Shown: positions 8,614-23,264, counted from the first letter of the stretch. The stretch: DNA of 64,000 nt from Mytilus trossulus (GCF_036588685.1 NC_086383.1:71114001-71178000); one strand, 5' to 3'. The notes: generated from the sequence alone by a model not told the origin. Made by a program: numbers and translations.

Positions 8614-9189
8614 ATGGCAGACGCAACAGCAGCACCAGCAGTAGCACCAGCTAAATCACCAAAGAAAAAGGCAGCAGCCAAGCCAAAGAAGCCTTCCGCA
8701 CATCCTAAATACAGCGAGATGATTGGAAAAGCCATCGCCGCTTTGAAAGAACGTGGAGGTTCCTCAAGGCAAGCAATTCTGAAGTACATCATGGCCAACT
8801 TCAACGTCGGAAAAGATGCCAAGTCAGTAAATGCTCATTTAAAACTTGCACTCAGAGCCGGAGTTAAGAACAACAGTTTGAAGCAGTCCAAGGGAACTGG
8901 AGCATCCGGCTCTTTCAGAATTGGAGAGGCTAAAGTGGTTAAAAAGAAGCCAGCAAAGGCAAAAAAAGCAGCCAAACCTAAGGCCGCCAAGCCTAAGAAG
9001 GCAAAGACCACACCCAAGAAAAAGAAGCCAGCAGCAAAGAAACCAGCTGGAGAGAAAAAGGCGGCCAAACCAAAAGCAAAAAAACCAGCAGCAAAGAAAG
9101 CAGCCAAGCCAAAGAAGCCAGCAGCCAAGTCACCAGCCAAAAAGAAGGCAGCCAAACCAAAAGCCAAGAAGACACCAAAGAAGAAGTAA
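8614..9189 (+). CDS. H1: Linker histone H1, copy 3
   Basis: Protein identical to copy 1. Confidence 0.98.
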   Translation: MADATAAPAVAPAKSPKKKAAAKPKKPSAHPKYSEMIGKAIAALKERGGSSRQAILKYIMANFNVGKDAKSVNAHLKLALRAGVKNNSLKQSKGTGASGSFRIGEAKVVKKKPAKAKKAAKPKAAKPKKAKTTPKKKKPAAKKPAGEKKAAKPKAKKPAAKKAAKPKKPAAKSPAKKKAAKPKAKKTPKKK

Positions 9190-12139
9190 ACTGTTCCAGA
9201 CTTCAGTCTGCAGAGGCTATTCAGCCACCAAAAGCCCTTTTAAGGGCTACCCAATTTATTCAAAAAGAATCTACAATTGTTGTACATTAGTTATCAAACT
9301 AAATCTAGCTGAGCCCTACTTTCTCTGAACTTTGCACTGGTCTCTGAAATATTTTTTTGGTCAAATTATTTCCATTGTTTGTTTTATTTCACTCCTTATG
9401 ACTATACTATTTCTAACACCTAAATATGCAGCTGTTGTTTTGGATATTTTTTGTGTAGTTAGGCACCATTAAAGTTATATCAGTGTATTTTCACGCACTT
9501 GTTAGAACTGAATAAAACTTTTTCTAATCAGTTTTCGTTAGAATGACAATCTACGAAAATAGGAAGTCATGCTAGGGTTTTATTGTGCTCTTTTTTTAGG
9601 GGGAAGGGGGTCAAAATCACACAGCTAACCTTCAACCGAAAAATCATTTTTGTCATTATATGAGTTTTTCCATTTCTCTCTTCTTCTTCGTGTTCAACTT
9701 GACTGACATTTTTAGTTGGACTTTTTCTACACGTATGCAAAGTCAAAGGTTGGCTCACTATTTCATATCAACTAGTCAATGGGGAGGTAACTCTGAAATT
9801 AAACTCAGTACTTTTTTTCAGTACTATATAAATAAACTGTTAAAATGTACACAATACAAAAGATGTATAACGTATCGTCAAAATCAGATTAGTAGCAAAT
9901 GAATGCAGTGACGTTTGTCTGTTATATATTTATTTTTTTATTTATTATTTGTCAAAATTACTACAATAATATTGTGTATTAAAATTTAGAAGGAAACTCT
10001 AAAGTACGGAGGTTTTTGTTCAACATTTAACAGTTCTGCAATTATTTTGTCATTTTATTACCTGCGATTTATTATGCAAATTTCACTATTCTCTACCTTT
10101 CGAATTTCACCTTTGTTTTACTCGTGTATAAAATAAATGCACCTACTTGTTTCTATGTTTCTTTCAAATGGTTGTCCTGTGATTTTTCTCTTCTTTTTTC
10201 TCTCTGTTATTTAGTGTGTGACGACTTGACTGTATCTTTGCTATGTCTTTTTAATCTGTCGACAGCACGCGAGGTGAATCAACCCGAAACAATACAGTGA
10301 CGTCACATGTGACTACTGTGATGAACAAAAACAAGGATGGATGGACGGACAGTGGTACAAAAGTAAGAAAAAGTTATTTCTCTGATAACAGGTATCGCGT
10401 GAATTGTAGGTTCACGGTATAGGTTTTTTTCTCTCATTTTTGAAGATCATCTATACAGTTGTCTATAATTGCTTACATCCACTTCATTTGAACTATGGTG
10501 GATAGTTGTCTCATTGGCAATCATACCACATCTCCTTCCTTATTTTCATATTGAAATGACAGCACCTTAACGACACACACAAACATAGCCTACTAGTATA
10601 TACGTACATGGGAGACTGAGAAAATCTGTGCTTATTGGAAAATGATAAAAAAAAAAAAAATCTTTAAGGTATGCTATGACTAAGCTTAAAATATAAGGTA
10701 GATAGGGAGTAGGAAGCACACATATTCTTTTTTTTATTTGGCCTTAATGAAGAAGAAAACCACACACACAGCATATTACATCTTGTACTAACATCCATTA
10801 AACGCTATGCTAATATGTCTTCAAAAGAGAACCCTATTATATATCCCCCCTTTTTTCTCCGGATTTTGTTTTTTTGGAAAAAGGGGGAGGGGCTGGCGGT
10901 TTAGTTCAATACAGTGGGAAAATGTTTTGCCCAAAGTCCAATGGTTCACACTGATGTGTTTTTGTCCTTCCGTCTCTTTTTAATCGTCCGTGTCACGGGA
11001 TGCTGCTTCACCCGTTACCGGTTCTGGGTTCACTTGCATAGCTTATATAGGTATAATGCATATGTATAGCTAGAGTCTTCACTGTGACACACATTCCCCT
11101 TTTTGAGGGGAAATAAATGAACTTTTGTAATTGTCCATTAAGATACAAATGATATGTACCACTTTCGAATTATAAAACTACAAAAATCTTCGTGTTTTGT
11201 TTTTGTTTTTGTTTGTATCGAAACTTTCAGGCGGCCAGGCCACTTTGAGCTCTGATCATCGGTTATTGATAATAAAATTAATTAAATATATTTTGTTGAA
11301 AAATATGGTATATTCTATAAGACATATTCGAGTTTTTGACTTGAAAGTGCGCAAATTGTACATGAAAATGGAAATAAAAGCGAATGTGCATCATACAGAA
11401 CAGTTGTTCAGTGCCTGAGATCCACTGAAAACAAAGTCGCTCTCTGAAAAGTTCCCAACGCTAAATTAAATAAAAAGATGTTTCAAATTCGTATTCTAGA
11501 TATTGGGTTTGTTCATTCGAATCTTGAATGTTTGCGAAATTTCGCTCGGGTTGAATAAAAATGTTATTTGAAGTTTTAGTAAAAATCTGCAATTAAACAA
11601 TGGCGCGTGAACTTTTTGTGTGTTTCCCTCTAGCTGGAAACAAACTTATTACGAGGAGGAACATGCTTCCAGTGAATAAAAACGGAAAGAAACCTAGAGA
11701 GAAATGATTTTTCTTCCGCTGTACAATTTTACGACGATAGAATATTTGTGTAATGAGAAAAACTCGTAAATTTTCTGTCAACATACCTGCGAAGACAATT
11801 CAGTCGGTTCTACTTTAACTATTAATATCTTTTTACTGTGTACATCGAAAAATACACAGTTTATCTAACATGCAAGATTAATGACTGTTGAGCAATTTGG
11901 TATGCTATATGTGAATGTTTTTGATAGAATTATACTATAAATTATCATAAAAGTCTTCGAAGAAGCACATAATCATTTTACCGAGATCGCGTAATGGATT
12001 TTACAAGTTATTTTTAAGGGTGTCTTCGTCGAGGTCCGCGTTCGTCTGTTATAAATAAACGAGGCCTGGAATGGCGTTATTTTCAAATCGTTATTCGTAG
12101 TATAAACTTCGTAAAGGATAATATTTTGAATCATTCAAA

Positions 12140-12715
12140 ATGGCAGACGCAACAGCAGCACCAGCAGTAGCACCAGCTAAATCACCAAAGAAAAAGGCAG
12201 CAGCCAAGCCAAAGAAGCCTTCCGCACATCCTAAATACAGCGAGATGATTGGAAAAGCCATCGCCGCTTTGAAAGAACGTGGAGGTTCCTCAAGGCAAGC
12301 AATTCTGAAGTACATCATGGCCAACTTCAACGTCGGAAAAGATGCCAAGTCAGTAAATGCTCATTTAAAACTTGCACTCAGAGCCGGAGTTAAGAACAAC
12401 AGTTTGAAGCAGTCCAAGGGAACTGGAGCATCCGGCTCTTTCAGAATTGGAGAGGCTAAAGTGGTTAAAAAGAAGCCAGCAAAGGCAAAAAAAGCAGCCA
12501 AACCTAAGGCCGCCAAGCCTAAGAAGGCAAAGACCACACCCAAGAAAAAGAAGCCAGCAGCAAAGAAACCAGCTGGAGAGAAAAAGGCGGCCAAACCAAA
12601 AGCAAAAAAACCAGCAGCAAAGAAAGCAGCCAAGCCAAAGAAGCCAGCAGCCAAGTCACCAGCCAAAAAGAAGGCAGCCAAACCAAAAGCCAAGAAGACA
12701 CCAAAGAAGAAGTAA
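12140..12715 (+). CDS. H1: Linker histone H1, copy 4
   Basis: Protein identical to copy 1. Confidence 0.98.
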   Translation: MADATAAPAVAPAKSPKKKAAAKPKKPSAHPKYSEMIGKAIAALKERGGSSRQAILKYIMANFNVGKDAKSVNAHLKLALRAGVKNNSLKQSKGTGASGSFRIGEAKVVKKKPAKAKKAAKPKAAKPKKAKTTPKKKKPAAKKPAGEKKAAKPKAKKPAAKKAAKPKKPAAKSPAKKKAAKPKAKKTPKKK

Positions 12716-15665
12716 ACTGTTCCAGACTTCAGTCTGCAGAGGCTATTCAGCCACCAAAAGCCCTTTTAAGGGCTACCCAATTTATTCAAAAAGAATCTAC
12801 AATTGTTGTACATTAGTTATCAAACTAAATCTAGCTGAGCCCTACTTTCTCTGAACTTTGCACTGGTCTCTGAAATATTTTTTTGGTCAAATTATTTCCA
12901 TTGTTTGTTTTATTTCACTCCTTATGACTATACTATTTCTAACACCTAAATATGCAGCTGTTGTTTTGGATATTTTTTGTGTAGTTAGGCACCATTAAAG
13001 TTATATCAGTGTATTTTCACGCACTTGTTAGAACTGAATAAAACTTTTTCTAATCAGTTTTCGTTAGAATGACAATCTACGAAAATAGGAAGTCATGCTA
13101 GGGTTTTATTGTGCTCTTTTTTTAGGGGGAAGGGGGTCAAAATCACACAGCTAACCTTCAACCGAAAAATCATTTTTGTCATTATATGAGTTTTTCCATT
13201 TCTCTCTTCTTCTTCGTGTTCAACTTGACTGACATTTTTAGTTGGACTTTTTCTACACGTATGCAAAGTCAAAGGTTGGCTCACTATTTCATATCAACTA
13301 GTCAATGGGGAGGTAACTCTGAAATTAAACTCAGTACTTTTTTTCAGTACTATATAAATAAACTGTTAAAATGTACACAATACAAAAGATGTATAACGTA
13401 TCGTCAAAATCAGATTAGTAGCAAATGAATGCAGTGACGTTTGTCTGTTATATATTTATTTTTTTATTTATTATTTGTCAAAATTACTACAATAATATTG
13501 TGTATTAAAATTTAGAAGGAAACTCTAAAGTACGGAGGTTTTTGTTCAACATTTAACAGTTCTGCAATTATTTTGTCATTTTATTACCTGCGATTTATTA
13601 TGCAAATTTCACTATTCTCTACCTTTCGAATTTCACCTTTGTTTTACTCGTGTATAAAATAAATGCACCTACTTGTTTCTATGTTTCTTTCAAATGGTTG
13701 TCCTGTGATTTTTCTCTTCTTTTTTCTCTCTGTTATTTAGTGTGTGACGACTTGACTGTATCTTTGCTATGTCTTTTTAATCTGTCGACAGCACGCGAGG
13801 TGAATCAACCCGAAACAATACAGTGACGTCACATGTGACTACTGTGATGAACAAAAACAAGGATGGATGGACGGACAGTGGTACAAAAGTAAGAAAAAGT
13901 TATTTCTCTGATAACAGGTATCGCGTGAATTGTAGGTTCACGGTATAGGTTTTTTTCTCTCATTTTTGAAGATCATCTATACAGTTGTCTATAATTGCTT
14001 ACATCCACTTCATTTGAACTATGGTGGATAGTTGTCTCATTGGCAATCATACCACATCTCCTTCCTTATTTTCATATTGAAATGACAGCACCTTAACGAC
14101 ACACACAAACATAGCCTACTAGTATATACGTACATGGGAGACTGAGAAAATCTGTGCTTATTGGAAAATGATAAAAAAAAAAAAAATCTTTAAGGTATGC
14201 TATGACTAAGCTTAAAATATAAGGTAGATAGGGAGTAGGAAGCACACATATTCTTTTTTTTATTTGGCCTTAATGAAGAAGAAAACCACACACACAGCAT
14301 ATTACATCTTGTACTAACATCCATTAAACGCTATGCTAATATGTCTTCAAAAGAGAACCCTATTATATATCCCCCCTTTTTTCTCCGGATTTTGTTTTTT
14401 TGGAAAAAGGGGGAGGGGCTGGCGGTTTAGTTCAATACAGTGGGAAAATGTTTTGCCCAAAGTCCAATGGTTCACACTGATGTGTTTTTGTCCTTCCGTC
14501 TCTTTTTAATCGTCCGTGTCACGGGATGCTGCTTCACCCGTTACCGGTTCTGGGTTCACTTGCATAGCTTATATAGGTATAATGCATATGTATAGCTAGA
14601 GTCTTCACTGTGACACACATTCCCCTTTTTGAGGGGAAATAAATGAACTTTTGTAATTGTCCATTAAGATACAAATGATATGTACCACTTTCGAATTATA
14701 AAACTACAAAAATCTTCGTGTTTTGTTTTTGTTTTTGTTTGTATCGAAACTTTCAGGCGGCCAGGCCACTTTGAGCTCTGATCATCGGTTATTGATAATA
14801 AAATTAATTAAATATATTTTGTTGAAAAATATGGTATATTCTATAAGACATATTCGAGTTTTTGACTTGAAAGTGCGCAAATTGTACATGAAAATGGAAA
14901 TAAAAGCGAATGTGCATCATACAGAACAGTTGTTCAGTGCCTGAGATCCACTGAAAACAAAGTCGCTCTCTGAAAAGTTCCCAACGCTAAATTAAATAAA
15001 AAGATGTTTCAAATTCGTATTCTAGATATTGGGTTTGTTCATTCGAATCTTGAATGTTTGCGAAATTTCGCTCGGGTTGAATAAAAATGTTATTTGAAGT
15101 TTTAGTAAAAATCTGCAATTAAACAATGGCGCGTGAACTTTTTGTGTGTTTCCCTCTAGCTGGAAACAAACTTATTACGAGGAGGAACATGCTTCCAGTG
15201 AATAAAAACGGAAAGAAACCTAGAGAGAAATGATTTTTCTTCCGCTGTACAATTTTACGACGATAGAATATTTGTGTAATGAGAAAAACTCGTAAATTTT
15301 CTGTCAACATACCTGCGAAGACAATTCAGTCGGTTCTACTTTAACTATTAATATCTTTTTACTGTGTACATCGAAAAATACACAGTTTATCTAACATGCA
15401 AGATTAATGACTGTTGAGCAATTTGGTATGCTATATGTGAATGTTTTTGATAGAATTATACTATAAATTATCATAAAAGTCTTCGAAGAAGCACATAATC
15501 ATTTTACCGAGATCGCGTAATGGATTTTACAAGTTATTTTTAAGGGTGTCTTCGTCGAGGTCCGCGTTCGTCTGTTATAAATAAACGAGGCCTGGAATGG
15601 CGTTATTTTCAAATCGTTATTCGTAGTATAAACTTCGTAAAGGATAATATTTTGAATCATTCAAA

Positions 15666-16241
15666 ATGGCAGACGCAACAGCAGCACCAGCAGTAGCACC
15701 AGCTAAATCACCAAAGAAAAAGGCAGCAGCCAAGCCAAAGAAGCCTTCCGCACATCCTAAATACAGCGAGATGATTGGAAAAGCCATCGCCGCTTTGAAA
15801 GAACGTGGAGGTTCCTCAAGGCAAGCAATTCTGAAGTACATCATGGCCAACTTCAACGTCGGAAAAGATGCCAAGTCAGTAAATGCTCATTTAAAACTTG
15901 CACTCAGAGCCGGAGTTAAGAACAACAGTTTGAAGCAGTCCAAGGGAACTGGAGCATCCGGCTCTTTCAGAATTGGAGAGGCTAAAGTGGTTAAAAAGAA
16001 GCCAGCAAAGGCAAAAAAAGCAGCCAAACCTAAGGCCGCCAAGCCTAAGAAGGCAAAGACCACACCCAAGAAAAAGAAGCCAGCAGCAAAGAAACCAGCT
16101 GGAGAGAAAAAGGCGGCCAAACCAAAAGCAAAAAAACCAGCAGCAAAGAAAGCAGCCAAGCCAAAGAAGCCAGCAGCCAAGTCACCAGCCAAAAAGAAGG
16201 CAGCCAAACCAAAAGCCAAGAAGACACCAAAGAAGAAGTAA
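15666..16241 (+). CDS. H1: Linker histone H1, copy 5
   Basis: Protein identical to copy 1. Confidence 0.98.
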   Translation: MADATAAPAVAPAKSPKKKAAAKPKKPSAHPKYSEMIGKAIAALKERGGSSRQAILKYIMANFNVGKDAKSVNAHLKLALRAGVKNNSLKQSKGTGASGSFRIGEAKVVKKKPAKAKKAAKPKAAKPKKAKTTPKKKKPAAKKPAGEKKAAKPKAKKPAAKKAAKPKKPAAKSPAKKKAAKPKAKKTPKKK

Positions 16242-16660
16242 ACTGTTCCAGACTTCAGTCTGCAGAGGCTATTCAGCCACCAAAAGCCCTTTTAAGGGCT
16301 ACCCAATTTATTCAAAAAGAATCTACAATTGTTGTACATTAGTTATCAAACTAAATCTAGCTGAGCCCTACTTTCTCTGAACTTTGCACTGGTCTCTGAA
16401 ATATTTTTTTGGTCAAATTATTTCCATTGTTTGTTTTATTTCACTCCTTATGACTATACTATTTCTAACACCTAAATATGCAGCTGTTGTTTTGGATATT
16501 TTTTGTGTAGTTAGGCACCATTAAAGTTATATCAGTGTATTTTCACGCACTTGTTAGAACTGAATAAAACTTTTTCTAATCAGTTTTCGTTAGAATGACA
16601 ATCTACGAAAATAGGAAGTCATGCTAGGGTTTTATTGTGCTCTTTTTTTAGGGGGAAGGG

Positions 16661-16760
16661 NNNNNNNNNNNNNNNNNNNNNNNNNNNNNNNNNNNNNNNN
16701 NNNNNNNNNNNNNNNNNNNNNNNNNNNNNNNNNNNNNNNNNNNNNNNNNNNNNNNNNNNN
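16661..16760. other. Assembly gap (100 N)
   Basis: Run of exactly 100 N. Array orientation flips across it. Confidence 0.99.
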
Positions 16761-19162
16761 TTGCAGATTTTTACTAAAACTTCAAATAACATTTTTATTC
16801 AACCCGAGCGAAATTTCGCAAACATTCAAGATTCGAATGAACAAACCCAATATCTAGAATACGAATTTGAACATCTTTTTATTTAATTTAGCGTTGGGAA
16901 CTTTTCAGAGAGCGACTTTGTTTTCAGTGGATCTCAGGCACTGAACAACTGTTCTGTATGATGCACATTCGCTTTTATTTCCATTTTCATGTACAATTTG
17001 CGCACTTTCAAGTCAAAAACTCGAATATGTCTTATAGAATATACCATATTTTTCAACAAAATATATTTAATTAATTTTATTATCAATAACCGATGATCAG
17101 AGCTCAAAGTGGCCTGGCCGCCTGAAAGTTTCGATACAAACAAAAACAAAAACAAAACACGAAGATTTTTGTAGTTTTATAATTCGAAAGTGGTACATAT
17201 CATTTGTATCTTAATGGACAATTACAAAAGTTCATTTATTTCCCCTCAAAAAGGGGAATGTGTGTCACAGTGAAGACTCTAGCTATACATATGCATTATA
17301 CCTATATAAGCTATGCAAGTGAACCCAGAACCGGTAACGGGTGAAGCAGCATCCCGTGACACGGACGATTAAAAAGAGACGGAAGGACAAAAACACATCA
17401 GTGTGAACCATTGGACTTTGGGCAAAACATTTTCCCACTGTATTGAACTAAACCGCCAGCCCCTCCCCCTTTTTCCAAAAAAACAAAATCCGGAGAAAAA
17501 AGGGGGGATATATAATAGGGTTCTCTTTTGAAGACATATTAGCATAGCGTTTAATGGATGTTAGTACAAGATGTAATATGCTGTGTGTGTGGTTTTCTTC
17601 TTCATTAAGGCCAAATAAAAAAAAGAATATGTGTGCTTCCTACTCCCTATCTACCTTATATTTTAAGCTTAGTCATAGCATACCTTAAAGATTTTTTTTT
17701 TTTTTATCATTTTCCAATAAGCACAGATTTTCTCAGTCTCCCATGTACGTATATACTAGTAGGCTATGTTTGTGTGTGTCGTTAAGGTGCTGTCATTTCA
17801 ATATGAAAATAAGGAAGGAGATGTGGTATGATTGCCAATGAGACAACTATCCACCATAGTTCAAATGAAGTGGATGTAAGCAATTATAGACAACTGTATA
17901 GATGATCTTCAAAAATGAGAGAAAAAAACCTATACCGTGAACCTACAATTCACGCGATACCTGTTATCAGAGAAATAACTTTTTCTTACTTTTGTACCAC
18001 TGTCCGTCCATCCATCCTTGTTTTTGTTCATCACAGTAGTCACATGTGACGTCACTGTATTGTTTCGGGTTGATTCACCTCGCGTGCTGTCGACAGATTA
18101 AAAAGACATAGCAAAGATACAGTCAAGTCGTCACACACTAAATAACAGAGAGAAAAAAGAAGAGAAAAATCACAGGACAACCATTTGAAAGAAACATAGA
18201 AACAAGTAGGTGCATTTATTTTATACACGAGTAAAACAAAGGTGAAATTCGAAAGGTAGAGAATAGTGAAATTTGCATAATAAATCGCAGGTAATAAAAT
18301 GACAAAATAATTGCAGAACTGTTAAATGTTGAACAAAAACCTCCGTACTTTAGAGTTTCCTTCTAAATTTTAATACACAATATTATTGTAGTAATTTTGA
18401 CAAATAATAAATAAAAAAATAAATATATAACAGACAAACGTCACTGCATTCATTTGCTACTAATCTGATTTTGACGATACGTTATACATCTTTTGTATTG
18501 TGTACATTTTAACAGTTTATTTATATAGTACTGAAAAAAAGTACTGAGTTTAATTTCAGAGTTACCTCCCCATTGACTAGTTGATATGAAATAGTGAGCC
18601 AACCTTTGACTTTGCATACGTGTAGAAAAAGTCCAACTAAAAATGTCAGTCAAGTTGAACACGAAGAAGAAGAGAGAAATGGAAAAACTCATATAATGAC
18701 AAAAATGATTTTTCGGTTGAAGGTTAGCTGTGTGATTTTGACCCCCTTCCCCCTAAAAAAAGAGCACAATAAAACCCTAGCATGACTTCCTATTTTCGTA
18801 GATTGTCATTCTAACGAAAACTGATTAGAAAAAGTTTTATTCAGTTCTAACAAGTGCGTGAAAATACACTGATATAACTTTAATGGTGCCTAACTACACA
18901 AAAAATATCCAAAACAACAGCTGCATATTTAGGTGTTAGAAATAGTATAGTCATAAGGAGTGAAATAAAACAAACAATGGAAATAATTTGACCAAAAAAA
19001 TATTTCAGAGACCAGTGCAAAGTTCAGAGAAAGTAGGGCTCAGCTAGATTTAGTTTGATAACTAATGTACAACAATTGTAGATTCTTTTTGAATAAATTG
19101 GGTAGCCCTTAAAAGGGCTTTTGGTGGCTGAATAGCCTCTGCAGACTGAAGTCTGGAACAGT

Positions 19163-19738
19163 TTACTTCTTCTTTGGTGTCTTCTTGGCTTTTGGTTTGG
19201 CTGCCTTCTTTTTGGCTGGTGACTTGGCTGCTGGCTTCTTTGGCTTGGCTGCTTTCTTTGCTGCTGGTTTTTTTGCTTTTGGTTTGGCCGCCTTTTTCTC
19301 TCCAGCTGGTTTCTTTGCTGCTGGCTTCTTTTTCTTGGGTGTGGTCTTTGCCTTCTTAGGCTTGGCGGCCTTAGGTTTGGCTGCTTTTTTTGCCTTTGCT
19401 GGCTTCTTTTTAACCACTTTAGCCTCTCCAATTCTGAAAGAGCCGGATGCTCCAGTTCCCTTGGACTGCTTCAAACTGTTGTTCTTAACTCCGGCTCTGA
19501 GTGCAAGTTTTAAATGAGCATTTACTGACTTGGCATCTTTTCCGACGTTGAAGTTGGCCATGATGTACTTCAGAATTGCTTGCCTTGAGGAACCTCCACG
19601 TTCTTTCAAAGCGGCGATGGCTTTTCCAATCATCTCGCTGTATTTAGGATGTGCGGAAGGCTTCTTTGGCTTGGCTGCTGCCTTTTTCTTTGGTGATTTA
19701 GCTGGTGCTACTGCTGGTGCTGCTGTTGCGTCTGCCAT
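19163..19738 (-). CDS. H1: Linker histone H1, copy 6
   Basis: Protein identical to copy 1, minus strand. Confidence 0.98.
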   Translation of the reverse strand: MADATAAPAVAPAKSPKKKAAAKPKKPSAHPKYSEMIGKAIAALKERGGSSRQAILKYIMANFNVGKDAKSVNAHLKLALRAGVKNNSLKQSKGTGASGSFRIGEAKVVKKKPAKAKKAAKPKAAKPKKAKTTPKKKKPAAKKPAGEKKAAKPKAKKPAAKKAAKPKKPAAKSPAKKKAAKPKAKKTPKKK

Positions 19739-22688
19739 TTTGAATGATTCAAAATATTATCCTTTACGAAGTTTATACTACGAATAACGATTTGAAAATA
19801 ACGCCATTCCAGGCCTCGTTTATTTATAACAGACGAACGCGGACCTCGACGAAGACACCCTTAAAAATAACTTGTAAAATCCATTACGCGATCTCGGTAA
19901 AATGATTATGTGCTTCTTCGAAGACTTTTATGATAATTTATAGTATAATTCTATCAAAAACATTCACATATAGCATACCAAATTGCTCAACAGTCATTAA
20001 TCTTGCATGTTAGATAAACTGTGTATTTTTCGATGTACACAGTAAAAAGATATTAATAGTTAAAGTAGAACCGACTGAATTGTCTTCGCAGGTATGTTGA
20101 CAGAAAATTTACGAGTTTTTCTCATTACACAAATATTCTATCGTCGTAAAATTGTACAGCGGAAGAAAAATCATTTCTCTCTAGGTTTCTTTCCGTTTTT
20201 ATTCACTGGAAGCATGTTCCTCCTCGTAATAAGTTTGTTTCCAGCTAGAGGGAAACACACAAAAAGTTCACGCGCCATTGTTTAATTGCAGATTTTTACT
20301 AAAACTTCAAATAACATTTTTATTCAACCCGAGCGAAATTTCGCAAACATTCAAGATTCGAATGAACAAACCCAATATCTAGAATACGAATTTGAAACAT
20401 CTTTTTATTTAATTTAGCGTTGGGAACTTTTCAGAGAGCGACTTTGTTTTCAGTGGATCTCAGGCACTGAACAACTGTTCTGTATGATGCACATTCGCTT
20501 TTATTTCCATTTTCATGTACAATTTGCGCACTTTCAAGTCAAAAACTCGAATATGTCTTATAGAATATACCATATTTTTCAACAAAATATATTTAATTAA
20601 TTTTATTATCAATAACCGATGATCAGAGCTCAAAGTGGCCTGGCCGCCTGAAAGTTTCGATACAAACAAAAACAAAAACAAAACACGAAGATTTTTGTAG
20701 TTTTATAATTCGAAAGTGGTACATATCATTTGTATCTTAATGGACAATTACAAAAGTTCATTTATTTCCCCTCAAAAAGGGGAATGTGTGTCACAGTGAA
20801 GACTCTAGCTATACATATGCATTATACCTATATAAGCTATGCAAGTGAACCCAGAACCGGTAACGGGTGAAGCAGCATCCCGTGACACGGACGATTAAAA
20901 AGAGACGGAAGGACAAAAACACATCAGTGTGAACCATTGGACTTTGGGCAAAACATTTTCCCACTGTATTGAACTAAACCGCCAGCCCCTCCCCCTTTTT
21001 CCAAAAAAACAAAATCCGGAGAAAAAAGGGGGGATATATAATAGGGTTCTCTTTTGAAGACATATTAGCATAGCGTTTAATGGATGTTAGTACAAGATGT
21101 AATATGCTGTGTGTGTGGTTTTCTTCTTCATTAAGGCCAAATAAAAAAAAGAATATGTGTGCTTCCTACTCCCTATCTACCTTATATTTTAAGCTTAGTC
21201 ATAGCATACCTTAAAGATTTTTTTTTTTTTTATCATTTTCCAATAAGCACAGATTTTCTCAGTCTCCCATGTACGTATATACTAGTAGGCTATGTTTGTG
21301 TGTGTCGTTAAGGTGCTGTCATTTCAATATGAAAATAAGGAAGGAGATGTGGTATGATTGCCAATGAGACAACTATCCACCATAGTTCAAATGAAGTGGA
21401 TGTAAGCAATTATAGACAACTGTATAGATGATCTTCAAAAATGAGAGAAAAAAACCTATACCGTGAACCTACAATTCACGCGATACCTGTTATCAGAGAA
21501 ATAACTTTTTCTTACTTTTGTACCACTGTCCGTCCATCCATCCTTGTTTTTGTTCATCACAGTAGTCACATGTGACGTCACTGTATTGTTTCGGGTTGAT
21601 TCACCTCGCGTGCTGTCGACAGATTAAAAAGACATAGCAAAGATACAGTCAAGTCGTCACACACTAAATAACAGAGAGAAAAAAGAAGAGAAAAATCACA
21701 GGACAACCATTTGAAAGAAACATAGAAACAAGTAGGTGCATTTATTTTATACACGAGTAAAACAAAGGTGAAATTCGAAAGGTAGAGAATAGTGAAATTT
21801 GCATAATAAATCGCAGGTAATAAAATGACAAAATAATTGCAGAACTGTTAAATGTTGAACAAAAACCTCCGTACTTTAGAGTTTCCTTCTAAATTTTAAT
21901 ACACAATATTATTGTAGTAATTTTGACAAATAATAAATAAAAAAATAAATATATAACAGACAAACGTCACTGCATTCATTTGCTACTAATCTGATTTTGA
22001 CGATACGTTATACATCTTTTGTATTGTGTACATTTTAACAGTTTATTTATATAGTACTGAAAAAAAGTACTGAGTTTAATTTCAGAGTTACCTCCCCATT
22101 GACTAGTTGATATGAAATAGTGAGCCAACCTTTGACTTTGCATACGTGTAGAAAAAGTCCAACTAAAAATGTCAGTCAAGTTGAACACGAAGAAGAAGAG
22201 AGAAATGGAAAAACTCATATAATGACAAAAATGATTTTTCGGTTGAAGGTTAGCTGTGTGATTTTGACCCCCTTCCCCCTAAAAAAAGAGCACAATAAAA
22301 CCCTAGCATGACTTCCTATTTTCGTAGATTGTCATTCTAACGAAAACTGATTAGAAAAAGTTTTATTCAGTTCTAACAAGTGCGTGAAAATACACTGATA
22401 TAACTTTAATGGTGCCTAACTACACAAAAAATATCCAAAACAACAGCTGCATATTTAGGTGTTAGAAATAGTATAGTCATAAGGAGTGAAATAAAACAAA
22501 CAATGGAAATAATTTGACCAAAAAAATATTTCAGAGACCAGTGCAAAGTTCAGAGAAAGTAGGGCTCAGCTAGATTTAGTTTGATAACTAATGTACAACA
22601 ATTGTAGATTCTTTTTGAATAAATTGGGTAGCCCTTAAAAGGGCTTTTGGTGGCTGAATAGCCTCTGCAGACTGAAGTCTGGAACAGT

Positions 22689-23264
22689 TTACTTCTTCTT
22701 TGGTGTCTTCTTGGCTTTTGGTTTGGCTGCCTTCTTTTTGGCTGGTGACTTGGCTGCTGGCTTCTTTGGCTTGGCTGCTTTCTTTGCTGCTGGTTTTTTT
22801 GCTTTTGGTTTGGCCGCCTTTTTCTCTCCAGCTGGTTTCTTTGCTGCTGGCTTCTTTTTCTTGGGTGTGGTCTTTGCCTTCTTAGGCTTGGCGGCCTTAG
22901 GTTTGGCTGCTTTTTTTGCCTTTGCTGGCTTCTTTTTAACCACTTTAGCCTCTCCAATTCTGAAAGAGCCGGATGCTCCAGTTCCCTTGGACTGCTTCAA
23001 ACTGTTGTTCTTAACTCCGGCTCTGAGTGCAAGTTTTAAATGAGCATTTACTGACTTGGCATCTTTTCCGACGTTGAAGTTGGCCATGATGTACTTCAGA
23101 ATTGCTTGCCTTGAGGAACCTCCACGTTCTTTCAAAGCGGCGATGGCTTTTCCAATCATCTCGCTGTATTTAGGATGTGCGGAAGGCTTCTTTGGCTTGG
23201 CTGCTGCCTTTTTCTTTGGTGATTTAGCTGGTGCTACTGCTGGTGCTGCTGTTGCGTCTGCCAT
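22689..23264 (-). CDS. H1: Linker histone H1, copy 7
   Basis: Protein identical to copy 1, minus strand. Confidence 0.98.
   Translation of the reverse strand: MADATAAPAVAPAKSPKKKAAAKPKKPSAHPKYSEMIGKAIAALKERGGSSRQAILKYIMANFNVGKDAKSVNAHLKLALRAGVKNNSLKQSKGTGASGSFRIGEAKVVKKKPAKAKKAAKPKAAKPKKAKTTPKKKKPAAKKPAGEKKAAKPKAKKPAAKKAAKPKKPAAKSPAKKKAAKPKAKKTPKKK

Larger units (their letters stand above)
1..16660 (+). repeat. Tandem array block 1: ~4.7 head-to-tail copies of a 3,526-bp H1-gene unit
   Basis: Position 1 recurs at 3527 (cacacaaacatagcctactag). H1 starts at 1565, 5091, 8614, 12140 and 15666, a spacing of 3526 except 3523 across the 3-bp deletion in copy 2. Confidence 0.99.

Noticed and set aside
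16621-16886. ORFs containing X runs (also 42902-43181)
   Set aside because: Artefacts of translating through N gaps.
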